From NCBI RefSeq assembly GCF_018350175.1, contig NC_058368.1:95482001-95546000 (forward strand): a DNA stretch of 64,000 nucleotides, given 5' to 3'. The position numbers and the translations under genes are program-made. How positions within the stretch are numbered: the stretch's first letter is position 1; the number at the start of each line of letters is the position of its first letter. The notes beneath the pieces are model-generated. The model searched no databases and was not told the origin of the DNA. It was given only the letters and a program-made list of their open reading frames with translations. This DNA is from Felis catus. Lineage: Eukaryota. Positions 63,531 to 64,000 of this stretch are shown here, one piece after another.

Positions 63531-64000
63531 GACGCGGGAAGCCATGTGCAAGGGCACCGGTGTCATTTGTGATGCAGTTGTGTTTCTAGCCTTTGACTCA
63601 TCATGCCTCCTGCTCTCCTCCTTTTTATCCCCACACAACCAATTGGTTTCTCACCTGAACACATCTAAATGTATTTGTTAAATGTATTATTACGGGTCCT
63701 TGTGGCCATTCTGACAGGAGTGTAGACAGACTGCTTGATACTTAATGTTTAAGCATAAAGGTATCCACATTCTGGATGAAGGTGGAGGAGGAAAGGAAAC
63801 ATACTTTTAACAGCTCTGATCAATAAGACATTTGCCCAAATGAGGAGATTGATTTTATTTATACCTGCCGCAATGGGCCCTGGGCACCTCCCCTCCTCCC
63901 AGCGCATGCTGTTCAGAACATTGACAATGACAAGGCTGCTGACGATCAATGAGAACAGAAGCCACATTTAGCCATGGTTGGCTGCATCTGGAGATTTAGC

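Noticed and set aside
1..64000. CRISPR arrays, operons, tRNA/rRNA genes, CpG-island promoter, NUMT or viral insert; naming the host gene
   Set aside because: None seen. SINE heads are tRNA-derived but are not tRNAs, CpG is depleted throughout, and no exon is available to identify a gene.

Overview
Mammalian genomic DNA from a felid (cat family), judged by 37 carnivore tRNA-derived Can-SINEs (SINEC_Fc-like) and felid-type L1 3' ends. I recognise no protein-coding exon or RNA gene. Most ORFs in the track are SINE, L1 or microsatellite artefacts or chance frames. The window looks like a long intron or gene desert filled with SINEs, L1s of many ages, L2, MIR, MaLR (MLT1) solo LTRs and hAT MITEs. 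SINEs and L1s are biased to the minus strand, which hints at a host transcript on +. The most notable signal is a decayed, near-complete hAT (Tip100/Arthur, ZNF862-like) transposase fossil at about 19.15-21.07 kb, split by a nested inverted SINE pair. Other highlights: a 5'-inverted (twin-primed) young L1, a ~125-bp dispersed duplication, a very young SINE with a (GGAA)n tail, serial same-site SINE insertion, and several repeat-free, motif-rich blocks that may be conserved enhancers. Repeat family names come from recalled consensus sequences, not database searches, and old-repeat boundaries are approximate.
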